NCBI RefSeq assembly: GCF_003704095.1 | Contig: NW_020846294.1 | Coordinates: 186,001-250,000, forward strand | Length of the DNA: 64,000 nt | Reading direction: 5' to 3' | Source: Pocillopora damicornis | Lineage: Eukaryota | In this document: positions 48,288-60,100 of the stretch, in pieces | How positions within the stretch are numbered: position 1 is the first letter of the stretch | Layout: every line of letters begins with the position of its first letter | Translations under genes and position numbers: made by a program | The notes under the pieces: generated by a model | Told to the model about the DNA's origin: nothing | The model's input: only the letters and a program-made list of their open reading frames with translations | Databases searched by the model: none

Positions 48288-51200
48288 CTATTCGTACTTG
48301 TAAAACCCTTCCCCAGACTTTCTCCCAAGCTTGTTGCGAGCGACCAGGTCATTTAAGATCTCGCTAGGACTGAAAAGAGGTTCAGTCGGATACTTCTCGT
48401 GCCAACCTGAACAGAAAAATAACAATAATAATCAACAAATTAATGACATATTTTGCACGTCACCTTTTTTTTTTTTCCCTTTGAAGCTTGCAAGTAACCC
48501 TTCATTATTAGCGCTGCAAGACGCGCGTTTCTCCGCCCGCGGAAAGATTTGGGACAAGTCAGGGAGGGGTTTGCTGAGGATCTGGCACTAATAATGCTAG
48601 ACCCCTTGCAGACTTCTTGCTGGCTCGCGTTGCTCATACTTTCCCGCGGGCGAAGAAATGCTGACTGGAGCGCTGATAACGAGAGCGTGCTCGCACGCTA
48701 GGTATTTTTTTTACGATTGCAAAGCCTTCAATTTGAGGGCATTTACTTGGTCATAGAAGAATTTATCCACTAATTTCAAGAAGAGCTCGTAATTTGAATT
48801 CTAATTTCAAGCGGTACCTACCGTCAATAATGAACTTAGTTGTATCAAGTCCAACATAGTCTGCCAACTCCAGCGGGCCCATTGGGTAACCTAACACCAA
48901 ACAGATAATAATTTAGAACGAAATTAAGACAAGCATAAATTACTGCTACACTCTTCAGCGCGCGAGGGGCGAATTTGGCTCCACAGTGTTCCCCTCCAAT
49001 TGGTTTTGAATAGAAATCGCAATTCTTTACACTGTTTTAGGACACGCAAAGTCTTTCTCTTTCTTTTCAAAGCCCGCAGGTGCATTCATTTGCCGTCAAA
49101 TCCCGCGCATCATTTTCTACCCTTTCTTTGCACTGGCTAACTCCTCCTCCATTCAGTCCACCGCATTTTAGCTAAGGGGCTCACGGGGAGATATTTTGGA
49201 AACAGAGGAAGTATCCAGAATTTTGTGTTCACATTATCCCCTTTCAATCGGAAAAATTCATCGACGGAAAAAATAATAAAGCTAAAAGCGTTCACGAAGC
49301 CCGTTACTCGATGATGCAAATCATGACCTTGAAAGCAACGACTTGAGGAATTTTTTGAGTTGATGTCATTTGAAATTTCGTGATTTTTCCACAATTTAAA
49401 TATCAAATTGCTTCATACGCTCGAGACTTTCCACCTGTCAAGTTTTTTTTTTTAAATTGTTACTTTAAAAACTCTTACTTCCAGTTACCGCAAAATGTAC
49501 CGTGAACCGATGAAATAACGCGCGTGATTACTGCCAATACAGGCGTGAATGGGTTAAGTTTAGACCGTCATATCTCTTAAACAAGCACGGTGACCTATCT
49601 TTTTTATTTTTCCAAACAGGTATTGGCAGGGAACATTTAAGAAAAGTTTAAAAAACATTGTTCGATAACTTTTTTTCTTACATCTGCTAAAATAAGCAAG
49701 AGTTTCCACTAACTATACTTGTTGATGTTTATATGTGTCCAAGAAATCTGCACTTTTCTCTTAGACCGAAAGTCTTTGCTTAGTTTCCCTTCTGGATTAG
49801 AGGTCTGTGGGATTGAAATTGAAGTTTGTAATGTAAAATACAATTTCCTACCTGCTCCAAGCTTCATGGCTGTATCGATGTCTTTTGCGGAGGCATCGCC
49901 TGAAAAGAAAGAAGTCTGTAGTTCGTATGATGCACTGACTAATTTTTTTTTCGNNNNNNNNNNNNNNNNNNNNNNNNNNNNAGGGAAAAGGAGGCGGCAA
50001 GGGAATGGGGGGTTTGATAATTTCCCGTTTTCATCTCTTATATTTCTCCCCTTCTTCCTCATCTACACAGAAAACTGAAAATGTCTGCAATTTCAAAGTC
50101 TTCAAGTCTGATTTTGAAACACTACCAAACCAATCTTGATCTCTGCGCACTAACCGCCTTGCTTTGACTCCCATAATTGACCAAGACAAATTTTTCAATA
50201 TCAAACAATGTGAGGAAGACATGTAATGCAAATTAGAAAAACACTAATTGGGAGATTATTAGTTGACCCAACACCAAATTCTTCACACTCTCATTAAAAG
50301 AATTGGATGGCAAAAAGTAAGGAGAATTACTAGTGAGATCTTGCGAGTGAAAGGGTTAAGCAGGTGTACATTGGAGTGGATTGGTGTATGACTCCTGTAA
50401 AGAAATGCATTTTTAATCCTCTAAACCCAACGTCAGAATGCATATTCTCCAAAGCTGTTCTCCAAACATTTGCTTAAGTGTGGAAAAGGAGAATTTGTTT
50501 AACAATCAGAAGCTTCTTTAGTTAGTGATAATTTCCTTTTCTCTTGGGAGCTTAATGTGCCAATAGGAGATGATATTGTAAGGAGAAATAAGATGTTGGT
50601 CACTTTAAGGGGCTAAGGAGTTTTACTGCCTCTTTTGGGGATTAAATACAAAATAATGTAATTTTAATTATGGCTCAAGCAGTTTATAACTTGTAAGAAT
50701 ATCTCTTTATTTGTAAACTTGCAACAAATTAAGTCTTGTTATCATTTACTGAAGGGGAAGAAAATTGTTATCTTTTTTTTCCCTCTTCCCCCTTTCTTTT
50801 AGCTTTTTAAAAAATTTTTAACCCTTTAACTCCCAAGATCTGATTACAAATTCTCCCTTTCAACTCATTCCCTTGTAAATTTGTTAAGAGAATTTGGTGA
50901 TAGATCAAGATAACAACTTTTACCTGCCTAAGTTTGAGTATTCTCATTACCTGTTTGCTCAATAATGTATGGAAATTACAGGGAGAAGTTAAATGTTAAT
51001 CACTTCTGGGAGTTAAAGGGTTGATGTAAAGCGCCGTGGACAATTAGTGGATTTGGCAATATATAAATATTTTTGTCTGATTAATATTTTTTTTACTAAT
51101 CATTCTCCACTTCTTACCTCTTTCCAGCATTCTAATGGACTCCATTATGTATGGAACAAGTAAACGGTTGACAATAAAACCAGGTGTGTCCTGCGAAACA

Positions 51201-54200
51201 AAATTTATATCATTTAGCCTGTACATTTTACACCACACTATAATAGTATGGCTAATTTTTGGAAGACTGCCTTTCACAGCAGATAACTGTGAAGTCAAAA
51301 AACTTTGCTCAGTTAGAACAATTTCTCGCTTACCTTACAAGACACAGGCACCTTTCCAAGTTCTTTGCTAAACTGATATAAAGCATCAAATGTTTCCTCT
51401 GATGTTTCTGGAATACGGATAACCTAAAAGAATCCAGTTTAAAATTTGACAACATTCTGGATCAAATAAATTGCATGCATATTTCAAAATATGACCTAGA
51501 AGGGTTAAAACCCTTTACACCCAAACATCAATAGACATACTCTCCATACTGTTTACTGTACATTTCCTAAGGTGATGACAATGAGAATTTGTTTAACAAT
51601 CAATAGCTTCTTTAGTCAAGGTGATCATTTTCTTTATTCTCATGACCTTTATGCTTGATTCAGGGATGATACTGTGAGGAGAAATTAGATGCTAGTCACT
51701 CTTAGGGATTAAAGGGTTACATCACCACCCAAAACTATTCTGAAGAATTCCAGGGTCCAAAGAAACTTTCTTCACTTGATCATAGCAAACACATCAGAGC
51801 TCCAGTATTAAAATGACTTTTCGCTACGTTGGACAGTTTTACAATGAAAAACTCCATAAATGAAATTTGAATGTTTCAATTACTTCTTATCATCAGTTAA
51901 GGAAGATGCAGTCACCATTAACATGTTAATCAAAAGCAGTGATACAGAAAGCTAAAAGCTCACCTCAACCAGCTTCATCAAAGGAACAGGGTTAAAAAAA
52001 TGAAGTCCACCAAATCTGTCCTGTCTCTTGGTAATGCTGGCTATTTCTGCTATTGGTAGGGAAGACGTATTGGATGCAAAAATGGTGTGACTGAAATGAA
52101 AAGGAAGAGGACACTTAGAAAACATGAAATCTAGTTTAATGACAATTTGGCCAAGTTAACGGCATCAAGCTTTGTGAAACCATCAAGGAAGCTTGTCTAT
52201 TTCCCACCCCACACCCCCCAACCCCCAAAGATTTGAGACTAATTGATAAGAGGTCTGCAAGGTCTACAAGGGGTCTAACACTGATAATGAGATAGTGTCA
52301 GACCCCCCCTGCAAACTTCTCCTCAGCTAGTCCCAAATCTTTCCAAATCTTTCTGGAGGTGGGGGGCAATAAATGCATCTCTTTCAGCACTTAAATTATT
52401 AGGCCCTGCTTGCAAGCTACCGTCCATTTAGCAGAATCATAATTCTGGAGCAATGTTGTGGCAGTTGCTCTTTAACAGTCCCCAGCACTTTTGTGGTGAT
52501 TGTTTTCAAGTGTTTCTCTTTCCAATCCCTCCCTCTTTATTTCCTTCCATTCCTTCCACAAATCCATAAGTAAGGACAGGTTCTTAGATTAAAAGCTCAT
52601 CACTGGATTTTTGAGATTTTGAGTTAAATTAGTTAAATCAAATAATCAGTCATTGTACAAATCATTTGTGGGTTAGCATGGTCTGTACTCTTATTGACAA
52701 CAATATTTGTCATCCCTGCGGTAAAACTGTTGTGGACTCACCAAGCACAGTCACAATATCAATGTTAAAAAAAGATTCTTTCAATGCATGACCATTGCAT
52801 GACACATTGATGTAAGCAGCATTGTTTGTACTCTTATCCGAAACAGCAAATTGGCCAATCAGATTGCCACATTACTGCCAATTGTGGTAAAAAAAATTAA
52901 TTACTCTTGACATTATTTTGACAGCCACATAATTCAGCATAATACTTTGAGCCCACAGTTTCATGAGGGATATGTTTTGCCCTTTACGCCTTTTTATTAG
53001 TATGCATAATCTCCATACTTCTCTCCACATGTTCTCTTAAGTGCTGACGAGGAGAATTTGTTTCAAAAGCCAAGAAAGTCTTCAGTCGGTTATCATTTCC
53101 TTTACTTGATCATGACCTTCACATGTGATTTAGAGGTGATAATATGGGAAGGAAACTAGATGCTAGTCATTCTTTGGGTTCAAAGGGCAAAAAGGTCTTG
53201 GTTATCACTATCAGAACTCCTAAGGCTATTTGTAGCTCAGTATTTAATATAGAAAGTAATAAAAATTAAGTTCATACAGTTACAATGTTAGTATACCTGG
53301 GTGCAGCTTTATCAAGTTCTGCAAAGAGATTGTGCTTTACACGCATATTCTCAACAATGGCTTCTATCAAGAGATCTGTTTCAGCAATGTTAGCTGCAGG
53401 ATCTGTGCTTATCGTGATCCTTGAGAGAGTATCAGTCACAAATTGCTTTCCAGCCTGCAAGCAAATTCAACTCAATTACTGAGTGGATGTTATGAGATCT
53501 TCACAACAAAACAAAATTTAGTAATTGATGTCTTTCTCTCATGCCCACTTTGAAAACCATTAGCCTTTTAACTCCCAGCAGTGATCAAAATGCAACTTCT
53601 CCCAATAATATCCATACACTATCCAGCAAAAAGGTAATGAGAATACTTAAACTTCCTAGGTAGAAGTTGTCATCTTGATCTAAAATTAAATTCTCTTAAC
53701 TAAGTTACGAGGAAATGTGGAGCAGCCAGTGGGAGAATTAACGATCAGATCTTACAAGTTAAAGGATTAAGCAAGGAGCTTTGGCCCCCAAAAAAAATTG
53801 CAGCATGCATTCTGCATTAACATTTGCGGTCGGTAGGTGTCTATGCAGTTACTTAAACCTGTTGATTACAAGTTTTAGGTTCACCTTGGGGTTATTTTTA
53901 ATCTCTCCAATATCCTCCTGGGTAGTGTATACCTGAGGGTCATTTTTAATCTCTTCTTTACTCTCTTGGTTAATATATACCTGAGGGTTTTTTAAAACTC
54001 TTGCATACCCTCCTGGGTGGTGTATACCTGAGGGTTATTTTTAATCTCTTCTTTACCCTCTTGGGTAGTGTATACCTGAGGGTTATTTTTAGTTTCTTGC
54101 ATACCCTCCTGGGTAGTGTATGTCCAAAGCTTGTAGACTGAACAGGGAGACCATCAGTTGAAAGCAATGTGTATTCTCTGGATTATCTAATCGACACAGT

Positions 54201-56249
54201 TTCTGGACTTTAAAAGTTCAAGTTCCATGACCTGTATAAAGAAGGGTTTGTCGGTGCTAGCCTTGTACAGGTCTGGGTCTTTGATCATGGAGGTGAAATC
54301 AGCTTAACTGATACTGCTTTTAGGCCATTTTTGAGTTTCTTCTTTTTACCTGTTTTAAATTGTTCCACCTATGTTTATTTGGTCAGAACTAGTTGTGGAC
54401 CTTGTGTTAACAATTTACTGTTCTCTTCTTTAAGACAAGCATTGTTTCTACTAAGAAAATAAGCTTAGTGTACTGCCCTTGGGTTTTTTCGAATTAGACC
54501 CGTTAAGTTTGTATGAGGCATTTCTCTGGACTCTTGTTTCTGGAAAACGAGTGAACAAAGTAGAGTTGTATCTGGAAAATGATTAGAAATGTAATTATCG
54601 GAAGTTGCAGTTTTTTCCATTTCATTCAAGAGGAGCTTTATTAACTTTTTTGTAGCGATTATCAGATGTCCTGGAATGTTCAGCAAACACCTCATGCCAC
54701 CAAGGTGTCAAACCTTGCCTTGAATTACTTGGGCAAATTAGCTGGCTGCACATTGAATGTGCAGCCAGTTAACTTGCATAAATTTTTTTCCCAATGCAAA
54801 GCTTGTCATGACCTGTCTGCTTACACAAAATCAAAAGGCAAAACTTGCCAACAGTTTGAACTGTTGTTATTGCCAAAACTAATAATTTTGAATCAAGAAT
54901 ACCCTTTCTTGTATTTCCTAAAAATTAAACAGGTCACCTGGAAAAGAAAAAAAGGATCGAGTCTTTGTTAAATCTGGTAAATAATATCCTGGTTGTTATG
55001 CAAATTTCAAACAATGGCAGTGGTACTTAAATTTCAAACACATTTCCAGACAAGCCTTAAGAGGTTAAGAGGTTATTGCCTGGGATCTCAAAATATCGCT
55101 AAAAAATATTAGATAATTTTAAAATACTACCTCAGGATCATCCTTAAATTTCTTCTTTGAAACTTTCTCTAAGCTTTTCTCGATGGCATTCAAAGATTTT
55201 GTCAAAATTGCGTCTGTTTGATCCACCATTGTCACCTTGTGATTTGTGGCTGCTGCTACCTAAAAATTAATCCAAGATTCAAAAGTTTCAAATTGACCTA
55301 TAAACAAAAAAACTCTTCTACTACTCCTATTACACCCAAACATCAGCATAAAAATTCTCCATACTGTTCTCCATACATTTGCTATGGTGCCAACAAGGAT
55401 AATTTGTGTAATGATCATGAGCTCTTCAGATGGTAATCGTTTCCTCTATCCTTGTGACCTTAATGCAGTGTTCTGAGTGATATTTTTTGGAGAAATTTAG
55501 ATGCTAGTAACTCTTACAGGTCGAAGGGTAAAATCTCTCATCGCCTGTCTTTCTGATAATGTGCTGATATGGTAGAGTAAAACTTGTGTCTATAAGCTGC
55601 ACAAAAGAAAACTAAAATTCCAATATCACTTTAAGAAATGAGGGTCGCACTTTTTTAAAGTCAAAGAAGTATTTTAAAAAACTACGTGCATTATAACAAT
55701 AGGAAATCAGGACGTCAAGATATATTGATCATGTTCATGTTCAATTCAACAATTTCAAAATTGTTGAGAATCGAATCGGCGAGAACGGAACACCAATCAC
55801 AGCTTGCAATAAGAAAAGGTGTAAAATTTGACAATCTTCCGGTGATGAATGAGTTAAGAATAGGTTCATTCATAACCTAGAGGTTGTTCAAGGTCATCAC
55901 ATGTCCATTCATAATTGCCAACTCACGCAAACCTGAAAAGGCTCATTGATTCAATGGAGCACGATGTGACACAAAAAAACCCTGAAAATTGATTCATAGA
56001 TTTCCACAAAAAAAATGCATCAATTTATTTGATGATGTATGAATTTCTTCTGTTCATTTACGAGTGTACCTGAGCAATTCCAGAACCCATAAGTCCACTA
56101 CCAATGACTGTTACAGTTTTTATCGCGTTCTGACTAGATGTTGTACTGAAAAAAGTCGAAATCACTGGTAAGTTCTTCCTAAGTGAAGGATGTCTCAGAA
56201 TCTGAGCACATGGCAGCTTTGAAGCGGTACATTGAAAGAGGGAAGCCAT
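48288..56249 (-). CDS. HADH: Mitochondrial hydroxyacyl-CoA dehydrogenase (SCHAD); 9 exons
   Basis: Exons 56249-56070, 55259-55131, 53454-53297, 52090-51964, 51423-51334, 51190-51118, 49899-49852, 48890-48822 and 48406-48288. Motifs: transit peptide, [81 protein letters not shown]. Confidence 0.97.
48508..48700. mobile_element. GC-rich palindromic MITE-like repeat; second copy at ~61951-62135
   Basis: Both copies share ttagc.ctg.a.gacgcgcgttt.tccgcccgcgg.aagatttg...ctggcactaataa...gaccccttgcaga...atactttcc. Internal inverted arms ccgcccgcggaaag / ctttcccgcgggcg. Confidence 0.65.
51507..51720. mobile_element. piggyBac-like MITE (also ~10113-10281, 15517-15728, 16745-16947, 50415-50620, 55325-55530, 57825-58023)
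   Basis: CCCTTTACAC...AAAGGGTT termini; shared body tctccatactgtt...gacaaggagaatttgtt...ggagaaattagatgctagtcactcttaggg. Confidence 0.7.
53883..54121. repeat. Minisatellite, 5 x ~48 bp, in HADH intron 2
   Basis: acctgaggg unit starts at 53931, 53979, 54026 and 54074, plus a degenerate copy at 53883. Confidence 0.85.
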
Positions 56250-56852
56250 AACTTGGGAAGGTATGCAACTAGTCGAGGTTTACTTGCACGATCATGGATC
56301 AAAGACGGATTACTCGACGAGAGACTGGGACTAAGAAAGGGCAACGTTCAATTCTCCACTTGGCCATGGGTGACCTTCCTACTAATTTAAATTCTTTCAT
56401 TTTTTTTTTATACACGAATAATCCTGTTCAAACTCCGATCTCCTTATCAATCAAAGCTTAAATAACTTATGTGAGGATTTCTGCTTGAACTTAGTAATTC
56501 AAGAACCACTGTTTTTCGGAATGAAGGATCTGCGCGCAAAAAAAATACCAAAATGCGCCGGTGGATTTGTCGGAAAAAGCGTGGTCGAAGGGTAATTGAT
56601 GGGTCTTTTTCCATTTCGTCCATTTATCTTTGAACTGGCAAAGGTCATTGCTAGATATCTTGCTAGCTATCTATCGAAAAGTGTTTGTAACTTTTTGAAC
56701 CTTGGTGTTCAGCGGTCGACATTCCATTGGATAGTCTGTCATGTCTAGAATCATATCATATCCTATGCTCCGTATCATTGACCAAAGGTCGAAGAGCGTG
56801 ACAGTTACGTTTACTGGCAAAAACTCGTGATTAATCAAGTGTGTTCCGCTAC

Positions 56853-56907
56853 TATATAAGCTTCTTCGCTGAAATTATCGGTTAGACAGAATCTACACTA
56901 CATTAGC
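56853..56907 (+). promoter_or_regulatory. TATA box and short non-coding first exon of the ACSL gene
   Basis: TATATAAG at 56853-56860, donor AGC|gtaagt after 56907, and acceptor ttttcag at 57083 ahead of the ATG at 57111. Confidence 0.55.
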
Positions 56908-57110
56908 GTAAGTATCTTTCTTTGGTTTCAGCAGACCACATCCTTTCAGAAAGTAAAAATTTTTCCTCAATCTATTGTAAGGTACCATAATTTATTCACA
57001 AACCTATACTACTGAGGTACGTTCGTAACCTTATATTTACTCCGTCATGCATATTTACGTTCACTTTTTTACGTTATTTTCAGACAATCAGAGAAATATT
57101 CGAGAAAAAG

Positions 57111-60100
57111 ATGGCAGATAACGCAGCCGAAGCAGCTCTGAAGTATCTTAGAGACCCTGCAATTGCTGCAGGACTTGGAGCTATGGCAGTCGCATCGATG
57201 TATTATTTAACTTCTCGTCCAACCCCTCAGCCTTGTCCTGTGGATCCCACGAAACAATCTTACGAGTTACCGGTAAGCTAATGGCCTCAATGAAACGATC
57301 AGCTATTCTCATCGTTGGTTTGATCGTCTCGCATAATGCATGGAATTTGGCTTGATTCTTACTGGTGACAAGGTGCCAGCGCCACCTCCCCTAATTTCAC
57401 CGCAAAAAAGTGCTTGAACTATGATCATCCGATGTTTTTTTTCATAGATCTGTTTGTATAAATTTACTTTCTTATGTTGAACAAAATTGCGATTTTGATT
57501 TGACATACTTCATCCACTTTCCAAAACCCCTCATTTCGTGGAATTCAACCGGAACATCCTTCCACGTTGGTTCGATCGATCAGATCACTTTACGTTTGTA
57601 TCCCGAAAAAGGATTACAGGCATTCTGTAGCAACTCATCATTTATAAGAGGTGTTTAGTTTCAATAGATACTGTGATATGCACAGAAGCCAAATCATACT
57701 CTTGCCAAAACACGATCTCTCCCATTAATGGAAATTAACCAAAACTTTGAAATGTTGCCAACCGCAGGCATCACGTGACCTCCTGTGACCGCTTTTTTTT
57801 TTTGTTTTTTTTTTGGAAAGTTTAAACCTTTCCTAACACCCAGAAAGAAAAATTATCCACACTCTTCTCTGCACTTTTCTTCTAGTACTGACAAGGTGAA
57901 TTTGTTAAACAATCAAAGTTTCTTAGATTGACATTTCTACTCTCACGATCCTAATGCATGATTCCAGCAGTATCACTGTAAGGGGAAATAAGATGCTGAT
58001 CAGTCTTAGGGTTTAAATGGTAAAGGAAAGCTTAAACTAGGTAATATGACCACAGTTTTTTAATTAAAGTTTGTTCTGATGCATAAACACAGTCGAAATT
58101 TGTATGACAGTTTTGTGGATTATCTTATTTGACAGATGGGTCCTATCCTATTACTCAACCCTTTAACCTCTAAGAATAACTAGCATCTAATTTCTTCTCC
58201 TCTGTGAGAATCAAAGAAATGGATATCCATCTAAAGAAACTCTTGAATGTTCAACAAATTCTCCTTGTCAGCACTCTGGGAAATGTATGTAGAACAGTAC
58301 AGAGAATATGCACATGAATGTTGTAGTGTCAACAGTTTATTTCCATTGATGGACAGAGGATGTTTGTAATAAATTTATGTCAAACCTACATTAGGCATTG
58401 GGTGTTTGTAATGGCAAAAATCTGTTATGAAGGGAACCTTTCAAGTTTTTCCAATTTCAAAAATTTTATTTCCAAATACAAAAAACAATCTTGTGAAGCA
58501 GTAAAACATTTTCTTTCTCTTTCTCCTTTTTCCCTCTATTGAGAAAAGTGGCTTTGACCCTTTAACCTACATGATCAGATTGTTAATTCTCTCTTCTAGC
58601 TGCTTCACATTTCTTTGTAAATTTGATACAAGAATTTGGTTTTTTATCAAGATGAAAACTTCTACTAAGTTTGAGTATTCTTCACCTGTGTGCTGTATAA
58701 TGTAAAACAAAAAAATTGAAGGGAGAAATTGTATGTTAATCACTTGTGGGGGTTAAAGGGTCAACATACAGTGAATACATCATGCTTGTAATTAGACAGT
58801 GAAATAGGATAGTTGACATGTCATGCCTGTGTAAGTGGACAGTATGCGTCATGAGCATGTACTGTTGTTGTGCATTTTGCTGACATTATTGTTGTTTGTT
58901 TTATGAAAACTTACAATGGATGTTTAGTTTCTCTCTCAAATTTTGACATGGTTTTGATTAATCAGTGAAAGGACTTTGTGTTCTCTAATTCTGTCTGTAA
59001 TTGTATTTATGATGAACAAATTGCACTCCTGCTTCACAGTCTTTGGATTTTGTTGATCGCTTGTATGATTATGGACTAAATTGGACTCCACTCGGTCCTA
59101 TTACCATTATTTATGATGGTAAATCCTTGCCAGTAATAATGATAATTATAATAATACTTATTTTTACAGATCATCAAATGTAATGTTTTAAATTTTATTA
59201 TTTGCTCATGCAGGATGGAGATTATGCCAGAATGAATTCACTTACAACCGAACTTGTGGAGAAATTATTTGAAGATGTGAGCACAAGCCATGAAGCTTTC
59301 CTTCGTGGAAAGAGATTATCTGGTCAGTAATTTTATTTTTAAGTCTGCCTTCAAAGCTTTCTCTGTGTAGGAGGTTGTTAACCAGTTTTTTATGTTGTAT
59401 TTAGGTGACAAGCCATGCCTGGGCTACCGCAGCAGTCCTGGAGGACCCTATGCTTGGCTTACCTATAATGAGGTTAGAAACTCCCAGGATCTGACTGTTA
59501 ATTCTCCCCTCTACCTCTTACACATTTCCTTGTAAATAAGTTACAAGAATTTGATGTTAGATCAATATAACAACTTCCACCTGATCCATTTGAGTATTCT
59601 CATTACCTTTTTGGTAGACAGTGCATGGATATTGTAAGGAGAAGTTACTTGTTAATCACTTCTGGGAGTTAAAGGGTTAATTGTCATGAAGATTAGGAAG
59701 GCAAACATTTTCTTCTAAAAATTAAAACCAGGGCCCAGTTGTTCAAAGGGTGATTAGCATAAACCCAGGGTTAAATTTAAATCCAGGTTTCTTTATTTCT
59801 TTGTTCGATAGCCTTTTAGGGAAAATTTTCCCTATTCTTTTTAGAGCATCCAATGATCAAATTGCAAGCAAAAAGATTTGATCTAAACTTCTTTTTAAAG
59901 CTTTCAGATCTGAAATCAAATTCCACACACACCCTGGGTTATCTCAACCTAGCTTTGGACAACCCAGGCCAGGTCATAATAATGCTTCAACTTGCTACAT
60001 AATTGCCGTACATGTGCCACTGATTCTTTTTTAGTTTGCCATGGCAACTGAAATAGTTGTGACATGGAGCACTGGGTTGGATAACACTATCTACTAGATA

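Noticed and set aside
53883-54121. CRISPR-like array
   Set aside because: Contiguous units with no unique spacers, no cas genes and a eukaryotic intronic context: a minisatellite.
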